A stretch of DNA of 64,000 nucleotides from Candidatus Nomurabacteria bacterium (GCA_052035405.1 JBPOHQ010000004.1:6687-70686); one strand, 5' to 3'. Numbered from the stretch's first letter, positions 9,499-19,780 are shown. Numbers and translations are program-made. Notes: generated from the sequence alone by a model not told the origin.

Positions 9499-10062
9499 GT
9501 GAACAAAGACCATACTGATATTACTGACGAGAGCATTACCATGCTTGTGCAGAAAGGAGATAAAGAAGCCTTTGGTATTTTGGTTGATCGTTACCAAAAC
9601 AAACTCGCCAGATATGGAAGAAAGTTTTTGAGTAGAGTAGAGGACATAGAAGATATGGTGCAAAACATATTTATCAGTGCTTATCAAAATATTCAAAGTT
9701 TTAACACAACACTTAAATTTAGTTCTTGGATATATCGTATTGCACACAATACTTTTGTAAACGCACTTCGCAAAAATAAAACAAATTTCATTTCTATAGA
9801 CTTTGATACATTACTCTCTCATCCCATTTATGAAGACCCTGACATAAAAGAACGAGAACAAAAAGAGATGAGGGCTCTCATCGACCAAGGCCTTGATGAT
9901 ATTGGGTCCAAATATCGAGAGGTGTTGGTGCTGCATTATCTCGAAGACATGTCATATAAAGATATAGCAGAAATTCTGCAAGTTCCCATAGGCACTATTG
10001 GAATTAGAATTAAGAGAGCAAAAGAAGCTATTAAAGAAAAAATTGATCAAAAAAAGTTATAA
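9499..10062 (+). CDS. ECF RNA polymerase sigma factor (SigW-like)
   Basis: GDKEAF..LV.RYQ, FSSWIYRIAHN, YREVLVL.Y...MSY.DIAEIL..P.GT. Confidence 0.95.
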   Translation: MNKDHTDITDESITMLVQKGDKEAFGILVDRYQNKLARYGRKFLSRVEDIEDMVQNIFISAYQNIQSFNTTLKFSSWIYRIAHNTFVNALRKNKTNFISIDFDTLLSHPIYEDPDIKEREQKEMRALIDQGLDDIGSKYREVLVLHYLEDMSYKDIAEILQVPIGTIGIRIKRAKEAIKEKIDQKKL

Positions 10063-10074
10063 AACCAAATAATT

Positions 10075-10830
10075 ATGAATACACAAGAAGAAAAAAATCT
10101 AAATATAAAAGAAAGTATCTTGGAAAAAATAGAGTCAGGACGGGTCTCTATGCGTCCACGTTTTCAGTTTACTTTAAAAGTAATAGCTCTGTCTGTGATT
10201 ACTTTTTTAGTGCTACTTATTTCTCTTTTTATTATAGCCTTTATTTCCTTCAGTATTCGTATCAGTCACCACGAGAGTCTCTTGGGATTTGGGCCAAAAG
10301 GAATAATGGCTTTCTTTTTATTTTTTCCATGGCTACTGCTTGCTTTAGATATAGGACTAATATGTTTATTAGAGTGGCTTTTACGAAAATTTAGGTTCGG
10401 TTATCGCTTTCCTGTATTATATTTGCTCCTTGTCTTGTTTGGTATAGTTATTATTTCGGGTTCAGTTTTGGACAGAGGGATATCTTTTAATGATAAAATT
10501 TTACAGAGTAGAGAGCGGCTGCCTCGCCCAATAGGTAATTTTTATGGTCAAGCCAATCGTCCTTTACCTAAAGGGCAAGGCATTTGTTTTTGTAAAGTCA
10601 TAGATATAAATAAAATGACTGAAGAACTAGTAGTCGAAGATAACAGAGTAGAGGGCACCATTCTTCGAGTGACTTTTCCTGGTGATAATTTTATACAAGT
10701 AAAAGAACTTCTCAACGTAGGAGATATGATTTTTGTTGCTGGCACTGAACATGATGGTGTCATAGAAGCATTTGGAGTTCGTCCTGTGCCAAGCAGAACT
10801 CAATATAGAGAGATGGAACTCGTACCGTAA
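10075..10830 (+). CDS. Putative membrane anti-sigma factor
   Basis: Directly follows the ECF gene; about 3 TMs and a C-terminal OB-like segment (VGDMIFVAG). Confidence 0.6.
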   Translation: MNTQEEKNLNIKESILEKIESGRVSMRPRFQFTLKVIALSVITFLVLLISLFIIAFISFSIRISHHESLLGFGPKGIMAFFLFFPWLLLALDIGLICLLEWLLRKFRFGYRFPVLYLLLVLFGIVIISGSVLDRGISFNDKILQSRERLPRPIGNFYGQANRPLPKGQGICFCKVIDINKMTEELVVEDNRVEGTILRVTFPGDNFIQVKELLNVGDMIFVAGTEHDGVIEAFGVRPVPSRTQYREMELVP

Positions 10831-10890
10831 ACTCTTTTCAAATAAAAAATAGTGATATAATAAAAACATTATTCATTTAATATCATTTTT

Positions 10891-10953
10891 ATGGCTAAAG
10901 GAAATTCACATCCAAAAAAAGAAGTAAAGAAACCAAAAAAAGCAAAGAAATAA
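10891..10953 (+). CDS. 20-aa Lys-rich microprotein MAKGNSHPKKEVKKPKKAKK
   Basis: TATAAT upstream; followed by its own terminator. Confidence 0.6.
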   Translation: MAKGNSHPKKEVKKPKKAKK

Positions 10954-10968
10954 TTTTTGTGCTACATT

Positions 10969-10997
10969 AACCAAAGGTGTCAAAACCTTTGGTTTTT
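10969..10997 (+). terminator. Intrinsic terminator
   Basis: AACCAAAGGT-GTCAAA-ACCTTTGGTT + T run. Confidence 0.75.
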
Positions 10998-11004
10998 GTT
11001 TTAT

Positions 11005-12264
11005 ATGAAAAATACACTTATTAAAAATGAATATGATTATGACGTCATTGTTATTGGAGGAGGTGCTGCAGGAATGATGGCCGCTGGACATGCTGGATTC
11101 TTGGGTAAAAAAGTCTTAATTCTTGAGAAGAATAGACAACTAGGAGAAAAGCTTAAAATTACTGGTGGTGGTAGATGTAATGTAACTAATGCAGAAGAGG
11201 ATATGAGAGTATTCCTTAAAAATTACAAGAATGCCGATAAATTTTTGCATTCTCCTTTCTCGCAATTTAGTCAAAAAGACACTTTTGAATTCTTTGAGAA
11301 AAGGGGGTTGCCATTAGTTGTGCAGGCACGCAAGAGAGCTTTCCCGCACACAGAAAAAGCGATTGATGTGTATAGAGTTATGGAGAAGTATATTAAAGAT
11401 TCTGGTGTACTTGTGAAAACAAATTCACCAGTTAATAAAATAATAAAGGATAAAAATAAAATTATTGGTATTAAAGTTGGCAGTAATACCTATACTGCAA
11501 AGTCGTATATATTGGCTACCGGAGGCATGTCTCATCCTGAGACTGGATCTACGGGGGATGGTTTTAAATGGTTAAGTGATTTAGGTCATACAGTGAAAGC
11601 TCCTACTCCAACGATAGTACCTCTGTCTGTAAAAGAAGTTTGGGTAAAATCTATGCCCGGAGTGTCTTTATCTTTTATGAAAATTACTTTTTATTTAGAT
11701 GGAGTTAAGAAGTTTTCAAAAACAGGTAAAATACTGTTTACCCACTTCGGTCTATCTGGCCCACTTATTTTAAATTCCGCCGGAGAAGTACATGATCTCT
11801 TATATGAAGGTGTTGTTACTGCAAAGATAGATGCTTATCCAGATACAAATGAGGGTGATTTAGAAAAGAAAATAATAAAAGTTTTCGACGAAAATAAAAA
11901 CAAAATCCTAAAAAATGTTATGGATGAGTTAGCTCCACAGGGTACTGCAGGAGCTATACTTTCTTTACTGAAAGACTTAGATGGGAATATAAAGGTTCAT
12001 AGTATCACAAAAGAAAACAGAAAAGCATTAGTTAATTTACTCAAAGGTCTTCCACTCACTATTTCTGGACTTATGGGATTCGATAGGGCAGTAGTAGCAG
12101 ACGGAGGAGTTGATTTAAACGAGGTGGATATGAAAACAATGAAATCAAAAGTTTTAGAAAATTTATATATCACCGGGGATCTCCTTCACATAAATAGACC
12201 TAGTGGAGGATTTTCTTTACAGATATGTTGGACAAGTGGATTTATCGCAGGAGGCAATGCATAA
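11005..12264 (+). CDS. HI0933/BaiN/YhiN family flavoprotein
   Basis: GGGAAG, GEKLKITGGGRCNVTN, LATGG.S.P.TGSTGDG, LFTHFGLSGP; start moved to ATG 11005. Confidence 0.95.
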   Translation: MKNTLIKNEYDYDVIVIGGGAAGMMAAGHAGFLGKKVLILEKNRQLGEKLKITGGGRCNVTNAEEDMRVFLKNYKNADKFLHSPFSQFSQKDTFEFFEKRGLPLVVQARKRAFPHTEKAIDVYRVMEKYIKDSGVLVKTNSPVNKIIKDKNKIIGIKVGSNTYTAKSYILATGGMSHPETGSTGDGFKWLSDLGHTVKAPTPTIVPLSVKEVWVKSMPGVSLSFMKITFYLDGVKKFSKTGKILFTHFGLSGPLILNSAGEVHDLLYEGVVTAKIDAYPDTNEGDLEKKIIKVFDENKNKILKNVMDELAPQGTAGAILSLLKDLDGNIKVHSITKENRKALVNLLKGLPLTISGLMGFDRAVVADGGVDLNEVDMKTMKSKVLENLYITGDLLHINRPSGGFSLQICWTSGFIAGGNA

Positions 12265-12366
12265 GGATATTACATAGCTGATTACAGTACACATATCCAT
12301 ATCTATATCTATGTATACCTGTTTCTGCATGATACAATACTATATATTAATTAATTTAATCAAAAC

Positions 12367-12882
12367 ATGTCATTAAATATTCACCCACTCATCGTTCATT
12401 TTCCAATAGCTTTCCTTGTTGTTTATTCTCTTATTAAGATTATCCCTGTAAGAAAATGGTTTCCTGGTATCGCGTGGCTCGACATCCAAAAAATTCTTAT
12501 CTTAGTAGGAGTCCTCGGTGCTTTTGCTGCGGGAACTACAGGGGAGATAGCTTCAGAGATGTTAGGAGCTAACCACAATCTTCTAGAAGCACATGAACTA
12601 TTCGCTAATATAACAACGTGGTTGTATAGTGTTTTGTTTCTGTCTGAATTTCTCCCTTGGATTAATTTAAAGTTTTCTCAAAAACTACAAGAGGTAAAAA
12701 TACATTCGTATACTCTCTTATTGGAAAGGTTTGTTTCAAATAAGGCTCTAGGGGTCGTTCTTGCCCTGGCTGCACTTATTGCTGTATCTTGCACAGGAAT
12801 GTTGGGAGGGGTTATCGTATATGGCCCTTCTCTTGATCCGTTAGCTCCGGTTCTACTTAATATTTTGGGAATCAATTTATAA
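12367..12882 (+). CDS. DUF2231 membrane protein
   Basis: IHPLIVHFPIA, TG...H, TG..GG..VYG. Confidence 0.85.
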   Translation: MSLNIHPLIVHFPIAFLVVYSLIKIIPVRKWFPGIAWLDIQKILILVGVLGAFAAGTTGEIASEMLGANHNLLEAHELFANITTWLYSVLFLSEFLPWINLKFSQKLQEVKIHSYTLLLERFVSNKALGVVLALAALIAVSCTGMLGGVIVYGPSLDPLAPVLLNILGINL

Positions 12883-12912
12883 TTTATTTTTTAGGTCTGA
12901 TATACTATAACA

Positions 12913-13467
12913 ATGAATCAAATTAAATGGCATGAATATACTTGGTATTCAAAATTAAGTGCTTTGATCTTTTTTGTTTTAGTGTTACCTGCACTTACTT
13001 TTTACGTGGGTATTGAGTATGAAAGAACACAAAATTTTCTTAAAGAGATCAAAGAATATAATGAAACTAAAGCTATGGGGGGTGTCTTGAATGCGAGTTC
13101 TGGTACTTTAACAAAAGGGTGTTATATCTCTAGACTTGGAAAAGATGTCTATCTTTTTAACATTTTAAATTCTCAGGGAGGTCTTGTATCGGGAAGACTT
13201 TCATACAAAAACCATCAGAAGGATAGTTCCTCCGGTGCTTTCTTGGGTATCTTTCGAGATAATATTTTACTTGGAGATTATTCCTTTGTTTCTGAAGGTT
13301 CTTCTTCTATCAGGCAGCTTATCTTTAAAAAAACAGGGGATAATTTAGTTCAGGGTTTTGGACCAACAACTACAGCAGGTGATAGGGAAGTATTCGTAAA
13401 TACTAATGATATTGTTTTCGATACAAATGCTACGTACTCATCCTCAAATGATACGGATTGTCAATAA
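12913..13467 (+). CDS. Hypothetical membrane-anchored protein
   Basis: N-terminal TM; beta-rich C-terminal domain (DYSFVSEG). Confidence 0.7.
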   Translation: MNQIKWHEYTWYSKLSALIFFVLVLPALTFYVGIEYERTQNFLKEIKEYNETKAMGGVLNASSGTLTKGCYISRLGKDVYLFNILNSQGGLVSGRLSYKNHQKDSSSGAFLGIFRDNILLGDYSFVSEGSSSIRQLIFKKTGDNLVQGFGPTTTAGDREVFVNTNDIVFDTNATYSSSNDTDCQ

Positions 13468-13515
13468 ATGTTTATATTTTGAAATACAGGTTAAAAAGCA
13501 TATAATATAGGGTAT

Positions 13516-14571
13516 ATGCTTTTTAGTTTAGTTAAAATCTTTGTGCCAACTGCGGTAGCCTTTTTTTCAGGGATGTTAATTACTCCTCTCGCTACACATT
13601 TCTTTTTTAAGTATCAGATGTGGAAGAAGACTGCACGGACTGAAAATACCTCTTCTTTAGAATTTAAAAGTGTTCATGAGACAAAGGCCCTGCAAGAGGT
13701 GTCTGTTCCTTGTGTTGGCGGGGTTATTGTATTATTTTCAGTGATTATTACTACGCTTGTTTTTGCGGTACTTCCTTATTTTTTCAAGAGTGCAATTTTT
13801 GATGAACTCAATTTTTTAAGTAGAGAACAGACACTCGTTCCGCTTTTTATATTTATTTTTGGAGCTTTTTTAGGGCTTGTCGATGATGTGCTTGAGATAC
13901 ATGGTAGATCTCATATTACACGAAATTCTCCTTGGTATACAAAATTAAAGATAAGTATGGTGGTATTGTGCGGACTTCTAGCGGGGTGGTGGTTTTTTAG
14001 CAAGTTAGGAATGAATACCATCCACATACCATTTGACGGATATGTATATTTGGGATGGTTATTTATACCGGCGGTAGTTTTGGTTATGTTTGGTACATTC
14101 TCTGGGGGTGTGATCGACGGTATTGATGGATTGGCTGGAGGAGTTATGACCACTATTTTTGCTGCATATGCAGTCGTTGCATATATAGGGAATTACTTGG
14201 ATATTGCAGCTCTCTGTGGAGTGGTTGCTGGTGCTGTTTTGGCGTTTTTATGGTTCAACATTCCTCCAGCACGTTTTTATATGGGTGAGGTTGGTATGAT
14301 GCCTTTGACCATCACACTAGCTGCTGTGGCTTTTTTAACAGATACAGTATTACTTCTTCCTATAATAGCCTTTCCTTTAGTGCTTACGTCATTGTCCTCT
14401 GCAATTCAAATTATTTCAAAAAAGTTTTTTGGAAAAAAAGTTTTTAAAGTGGCCCCTATTCATCATCATTTTGAAGCTCTGGGGTGGCCATCTCATAAAG
14501 TAACGATGCGTTTTTGGGTATTGTCTGTAATTTTTTCTATTATTGGAATAATACTTAAAGTAGTTAGTTAA
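13516..14571 (+). CDS. mraY: Phospho-N-acetylmuramoyl-pentapeptide transferase
   Basis: GLVDD, DGIDGL, FN.PPARFYMG, APIHHHFE. Confidence 0.95.
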   Translation: MLFSLVKIFVPTAVAFFSGMLITPLATHFFFKYQMWKKTARTENTSSLEFKSVHETKALQEVSVPCVGGVIVLFSVIITTLVFAVLPYFFKSAIFDELNFLSREQTLVPLFIFIFGAFLGLVDDVLEIHGRSHITRNSPWYTKLKISMVVLCGLLAGWWFFSKLGMNTIHIPFDGYVYLGWLFIPAVVLVMFGTFSGGVIDGIDGLAGGVMTTIFAAYAVVAYIGNYLDIAALCGVVAGAVLAFLWFNIPPARFYMGEVGMMPLTITLAAVAFLTDTVLLLPIIAFPLVLTSLSSAIQIISKKFFGKKVFKVAPIHHHFEALGWPSHKVTMRFWVLSVIFSIIGIILKVVS

Positions 14572-14577
14572 TATGAT

Positions 14578-15681
14578 ATGAGAGGAAAAAAAGTAGATAA
14601 ATTTTTTTTGTCTGTGGTGCTTATCCTTATTTCTTTAGGGGTGGCGATGTTTGTGTCTGCATCACTTGGTATTCTTGCTAAAAATCAAAAACTTTTCTAC
14701 TCAGTTTTAATCAGTCAGATTGGACTTGGACTGGGGCTTGGTTTTTTTGGTATGTACATCACACAAAAGTTAGACTATAAACTTTTAAGAAAATATTCTT
14801 TGTATATATTTCTAGGAGCTATTATCTTGACCGCCTCTGTATTTATCCCCGGGCTGGGGCGTAGCCACGGCGGTGCTCAACGTTGGATTGATTTAGGTCC
14901 TGTGTCTTTTCAGCCAGTAGAGCTCTTGAAGTTTGCATTCGTTATTTATTTTGCTTCCTGGCTATCATGGGCAAAAAACAAGGTTCAAGATTTTAAATTT
15001 GGTATTTTGCCTCTGTGTATAATGCTTGCTATTATTGCTTTTGTATTATTTAAACAACCCGATACAAAAAGTTTTATATTAATAACCATCACTGGTGTGT
15101 CCATGCTTTTTATCTCTGGTGTGCCTATGAAATATATTGCTGGAATTATCGTTTCAGTATCTCTTGTTCTTGGAGGTTTAGTTTTCTTTACTCCATATCT
15201 TCGAGACAGAGTAGAAACATTTATTAACCCGTCTGTCGATGCGAAAGGTTCTTCGTATCAGATACAACAGTCGATGATTGCGATAGGTGGGGGAGGAATT
15301 TTTGGACGAGGATACGGGCAAAGTATTCAAAAATTTAGTTATTTACCTGAACCACAAGGAGATTCAATTTTTGCAGTACTAGGAGAAGAGCTTGGTTTTG
15401 TTGGAAGTGTTATTACTATTCTTCTGTATGTGGTTTTTATGCTTCGAGGTTTTCGTATAGCGAACCATGCCCCAGATTTATTCAGTAGACTTTTAGTTTT
15501 TGGAATTGTTATACTGATAGGAGCCCAGTCGTTTATGCATATTGCTTCAATTGTTGGAGTATTCCCATTGACTGGTGTACCTCTCGTATTTATGAGTCAC
15601 GGAGGAACTTCTCTAATGATAGATTTAATTGCAGTAGGTATAATTTTAGAAATATCAAAATTTAGTAAAAAGACTACTTAG
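14578..15681 (+). CDS. ftsW: SEDS peptidoglycan glycosyltransferase FtsW
   Basis: GA.RW, FQP.E..K, QPD, LPEPQGDSIF, TGVPLVFMSHGG; lies between mraY and murG. Confidence 0.93.
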   Translation: MRGKKVDKFFLSVVLILISLGVAMFVSASLGILAKNQKLFYSVLISQIGLGLGLGFFGMYITQKLDYKLLRKYSLYIFLGAIILTASVFIPGLGRSHGGAQRWIDLGPVSFQPVELLKFAFVIYFASWLSWAKNKVQDFKFGILPLCIMLAIIAFVLFKQPDTKSFILITITGVSMLFISGVPMKYIAGIIVSVSLVLGGLVFFTPYLRDRVETFINPSVDAKGSSYQIQQSMIAIGGGGIFGRGYGQSIQKFSYLPEPQGDSIFAVLGEELGFVGSVITILLYVVFMLRGFRIANHAPDLFSRLLVFGIVILIGAQSFMHIASIVGVFPLTGVPLVFMSHGGTSLMIDLIAVGIILEISKFSKKTT

Positions 15682-15693
15682 TCTTCAATATAT

Positions 15694-16824
15694 ATGAAAA
15701 TAGTTTTTACAGGAGGGGGAACAGGGGGACATTTTTATCCTATCATTGCTGTAGTACAAAAAGTAAACCAAATAATTGATAGAGAAAACATTGTAGGTGC
15801 AAAACTCTATTATTTTTCAGACAGTCCATATGACAAACAGGCTTTGTTTGAGAACGGTCTTTTGTATGAACAAGTCAATGCCGGTAAGATGCGAATTTAT
15901 TTTTCTTTAAAGAATATCTCAGATATGGTAAAAGTTTTTTTTGGTACTTTGAGTGCACTTGTAAAATTATTTTCAATTTATCCTGATGTCGTTTTTGGTA
16001 AAGGTGGGTATGCGAGTTTTCCAACACTCCTTGCAGCGAGAATTCTACGTATTCCTGTTGTTATCCATGAATCAGATTCAGCTCCAGGAAGAGTAAATAA
16101 GTGGGCAGGAAGTTTTGCAGAGAGGATTGCTCTTTCATATAAGGATGCTGCTGTTTACTTTCCTACTAAAAACATTGCTTGGACAGGTCAACCTGTACGT
16201 AGTGAGATAGAAAACATCACAGAAAAAAATAAAGCACTTAGATATTTTAAACTAGAATCAGAATTGCCTGTTATCCTGGTTTTAGGAGGTTCTCAGGGAG
16301 CTGAACTCATAAACAATGTTGTTATTGATGCACTTCCTGAATTAATTAAAAAATATCAAGTCATACATCAGACAGGAGTCAATAATTTCAAAGTAGTTCA
16401 TGGTAGGGCTGAAGTTGTTCTTGGAAGCAATCCTGATAGGGCGAAGTATACACCTCTTGCATTCCTAAATCCTCTTCAAATGAAGAATGCCGCTGGTGCT
16501 GCAGATATTGTTGTTTCTCGTGCAGGTTCTCAAATATTTGAAATAGCTGCGTGGGGAATTCCTTCTATCTTAATTCCTATCACAAATAGTAATCAAGATC
16601 ATCAAAAGAAAAATGCTTTTGCATATGCTCGGGCTGGTTGTTGTAGTGTTATTGAAGAAATGAATATGACTTCACATATTTTAATTTCAGAAATTGATAG
16701 ATTGATAAACGACAAGAACTTAGAACAGCATATGAAAGACAGTACTAAGAATTTTTATAAACCAGATGCAGCAATGAAAATTGCTCGAGAAATTGTGAAC
16801 ATCGCTTTATCTCACGAGAAATAA
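15694..16824 (+). CDS. murG: MurG GlcNAc transferase
   Basis: GGGTGGH, GGYAS.P, GGSQGA, SRAG, HQ.KNA. Confidence 0.97.
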   Translation: MKIVFTGGGTGGHFYPIIAVVQKVNQIIDRENIVGAKLYYFSDSPYDKQALFENGLLYEQVNAGKMRIYFSLKNISDMVKVFFGTLSALVKLFSIYPDVVFGKGGYASFPTLLAARILRIPVVIHESDSAPGRVNKWAGSFAERIALSYKDAAVYFPTKNIAWTGQPVRSEIENITEKNKALRYFKLESELPVILVLGGSQGAELINNVVIDALPELIKKYQVIHQTGVNNFKVVHGRAEVVLGSNPDRAKYTPLAFLNPLQMKNAAGAADIVVSRAGSQIFEIAAWGIPSILIPITNSNQDHQKKNAFAYARAGCCSVIEEMNMTSHILISEIDRLINDKNLEQHMKDSTKNFYKPDAAMKIAREIVNIALSHEK

Positions 16825-16840
16825 ATGGTAAAATGGCTAT

Positions 16841-18271
16841 ATGCCAGAAGAAATAGAAGGAAAAGTAGTTACTAGATTTGCTCCAAGCCCCACAGGTTTT
16901 ATGCATGTAGGTAATGTTCGTGCGGCTTTGTATGCTTGGCTTTGGACCAAAAAAAATAAAGGTACTTTTATTTTGCGTATTGAAGATACAGATAAAGAGC
17001 GTGAAGTAGAGGGATCTATAGAGCACATCATGACTTCTTTAAAATGGCTCGGGTTAGATTGGGATGAAGGTCCAACAGTAGAAGGTCCTCATGCACCATA
17101 TTTACAATCAGAGAGATTAGATATCTATAAACAATACGCTCAAAAGTTAATTGAAAAAGGTCTGGCATATCCTGATCCGTACACAGAAGAAGAAGTCGAA
17201 GCATTTAGAAAAAAAGCTGAAGAAGAAAAAAGACCGTTTTTGTATCGAGAACACAGACCAGAAACATTTGGAGTGTGGGACGGTACAAAACCACTTCGTT
17301 TTAAAATCCCTGAAGTAAAAAGTTATCATTGGCACGATATCGTATTTGGTGATTTATCTGCAGGGCCTGAGGCACTGGATGATTTTATTATGATTAAAAG
17401 TGATGGTTACCCAACCTACAACTTTGCTCATATTGTAGATGATACTGAAATGGGTATTACGTTGGTCATGCGTGGGCAAGAATACATATCGTCTACTCCA
17501 AAATTTTTAGCTGTATATGAAGCACTGGGTTTGACTCCACCTACATATGCGTGTTTGCCGCACGTACTTGCTCCAGGTGGACAGAAGAAGCTTGGTAAAC
17601 GTGATGGAGCCAAAGATGTACTTGATTATAGAAAAGAAGGATATTTACCCGAAGCAATTATTAATTTCTTGGCATTTTTAGGGTGGAACCCAGGTGGTGA
17701 AAAGGAAATTTTTACTCGAGAAGAACTGATAAAGGTTTTTGATATTAGCAGAATTCAAAACTCAGGTGCCCAAATGAATTTGGAGAAACTTGAATGGATG
17801 AATAAAGAGCATATAAAGCTTTTACCTCGAGAAGAAATAGAGAAAAATATTTTAGCGTGGCTGCCTGATGATAAAAAGAATCCAAAACTTATTCCAGTAA
17901 TAGTAGACAGGATTTCAAAATGGAGCGATGTTCAAACTATGGCTCAGGCAGGGGAGTTAGACTTGTTTTTTAAGATGCCAGAGTACGATAAGACAAAACT
18001 GCTTTTCAAAAATGTACCTCAAGAAAAAATCGTAGAAAATTTACAAAAAGCTATTTCTGAATTAGAAAAAATAGAAGAAAAAGACTTTGTTTTAGAAAAC
18101 ATTAAAAACTCACTTATGTCAATAGCTCTCACTTTGGAAAGTAGGGGAGAACTGTTGCATCCTGTGCGGTACGCCTTATCTGGTCAGGATAAGTCTCCAG
18201 ATCCTTTTATTATCTCAAGTATTTTAGGAAAAAATGAAACTATTCAAAGACTACAAAAAGCAATATCGTAA
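16841..18271 (+). CDS. gltX: Glutamate-tRNA ligase
   Basis: RFAPSPTGFMHVGN, LRIEDTD, KLGKR. Confidence 0.97.
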   Translation: MPEEIEGKVVTRFAPSPTGFMHVGNVRAALYAWLWTKKNKGTFILRIEDTDKEREVEGSIEHIMTSLKWLGLDWDEGPTVEGPHAPYLQSERLDIYKQYAQKLIEKGLAYPDPYTEEEVEAFRKKAEEEKRPFLYREHRPETFGVWDGTKPLRFKIPEVKSYHWHDIVFGDLSAGPEALDDFIMIKSDGYPTYNFAHIVDDTEMGITLVMRGQEYISSTPKFLAVYEALGLTPPTYACLPHVLAPGGQKKLGKRDGAKDVLDYRKEGYLPEAIINFLAFLGWNPGGEKEIFTREELIKVFDISRIQNSGAQMNLEKLEWMNKEHIKLLPREEIEKNILAWLPDDKKNPKLIPVIVDRISKWSDVQTMAQAGELDLFFKMPEYDKTKLLFKNVPQEKIVENLQKAISELEKIEEKDFVLENIKNSLMSIALTLESRGELLHPVRYALSGQDKSPDPFIISSILGKNETIQRLQKAIS

Positions 18272-19529
18272 TATATTACTTTTTGTAGTGATGCTTTTTG
18301 TGCTTCCATTTTTATTTTCTTATGCGCAAACTGCCTTAGAAATCCAAAATAAAATTAGTGAAAAAAATTCTGATATAGAAAGAATTGAACAAGAAATAAA
18401 AAAGTATCAACAAGAACTCTCTGGTATAAGTAAACAAAAGTCTACGCTTAGTTCTCTTATAAAAGAGCTTGATTTAACTCGTAAAAAACTTGTGGCGGAT
18501 ATTTCTTTGACTGAGAAAAAAATAGACAGAACAAACCTCAGTATTCAAAGTTTAAGTTCTGATATAAACAACAAAGAGTCTTCAATCTCCAATAATCAAC
18601 GAGCGTTAATTATTGATGTAAAAAGTATGTATGAGCTTGAGGAGTCTGATTTAACGGAGATGCTATTAAAGAGAGATAATCTCACGGATATATGGCAAGA
18701 CGTCGATCATATGGCCACCATTCGTGAAGCTATTATCTCTAAAATAATCACTTTAAGAAAAGTTAAAGGGGACTTGGAGGTCAAAAGAACTGATACAGTA
18801 TCGGCGAAAAATGAACTTATAGCACTCCGCTTGAAACTTGCTGACCAAAAGAAAATAGTTGAACAAAACACAGCTGAGAAAAATAAACTGTTAAAAGAAA
18901 CAAAAAACAATGAGTCTGCATATCAGAAACTTGTAAAAGATCAAACAGCAAAGAAAAATGCTCTTGAGCAAGAACTACGTAGTTATGAATCTCAGTTAAA
19001 ATTTATTTTAGACCCTTCGACTTTACCAAATGCTGGAGTGTTGTCTTGGCCACTTGATGATGTGTATGTGACTCAACTCTTTGGTAAAACAGTCGCAGCA
19101 AAACGTCTGTATGCTTCAGGGAGCCATAGTGGTGTGGACTTTAGAGCCTCTGTGGGTACACCAGTCAAAGCCATGGCTGATGGTACAGTCCTCGGTGTTG
19201 GAGATACTGACGCTACTTGTCCAGGTGCTTCATTTGGTAAATGGGTATTTATCGAATACGATGACGGGCTCTCTAGTACCTTTGGCCATTTATCTCTAGC
19301 TAAGGCTTATGTCGGTCAAAAGGTTACCAGAGGTGAGGTCGTAGGATATTCAGGAAGCACTGGGCACGTCACAGGGCCTCATTTACACGTCACGGTGTAT
19401 GCAAGTAGCTCGGCAAAGGTTCAGACCCTACCAAGTAAGTCTTGTGCAGGTAAAACCTTGACTCAGCCTATAGCAGCGACGAATGCGTACCTAGACCCAA
19501 TGTTTTACTTGCCGCCTTACAATAAATAA
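18234..19529 (+). CDS. Coiled-coil M23 peptidoglycan endopeptidase
   Basis: Signal/TM, long coiled coil, HSGVDF, GHL, TGPHLH. Confidence 0.92.
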   Translation: MKLFKDYKKQYRNILLFVVMLFVLPFLFSYAQTALEIQNKISEKNSDIERIEQEIKKYQQELSGISKQKSTLSSLIKELDLTRKKLVADISLTEKKIDRTNLSIQSLSSDINNKESSISNNQRALIIDVKSMYELEESDLTEMLLKRDNLTDIWQDVDHMATIREAIISKIITLRKVKGDLEVKRTDTVSAKNELIALRLKLADQKKIVEQNTAEKNKLLKETKNNESAYQKLVKDQTAKKNALEQELRSYESQLKFILDPSTLPNAGVLSWPLDDVYVTQLFGKTVAAKRLYASGSHSGVDFRASVGTPVKAMADGTVLGVGDTDATCPGASFGKWVFIEYDDGLSSTFGHLSLAKAYVGQKVTRGEVVGYSGSTGHVTGPHLHVTVYASSSAKVQTLPSKSCAGKTLTQPIAATNAYLDPMFYLPPYNK

Positions 19530-19551
19530 AATTTGTGGTAAAATCTTACAT

Positions 19552-19698
19552 ATGAATAATAAATTAAAAAATAAACAAGGAGGATTTCTTGAGCTCATTG
19601 TAGTACTCATAATAACTTTTTTGATTATGAGATATTACGGAATTACATTCACAGGTATCTTTAATTGGGTAAGAGACCTATTTTTAAGCGTTTGGTAA
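19552..19698 (+). CDS. 48-aa prepilin-like membrane microprotein
   Basis: MNNKLKNKQGG|FLELIVVLIITFLIM...; TGGTAAAAT 7 nt before the ATG. Confidence 0.7.
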   Translation: MNNKLKNKQGGFLELIVVLIITFLIMRYYGITFTGIFNWVRDLFLSVW

Positions 19699-19780
19699 AA
19701 TCCTTTTATTTATAGCTTTTCTTGTATTAGTAACATACTAAAACATATATTGTGCGACACGATATGTACATAAAGAATGC

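Noticed and set aside
12294-12314. Short ATATCY tandem repeat
   Set aside because: About three imperfect units in AT-rich DNA; no functional support.
14851-14875. GC-rich stretch in ftsW resembling the micro-palindrome
   Set aside because: It encodes ordinary FtsW loop sequence just before the conserved GAQRW and lacks the CCTCG/CGAGG ends.
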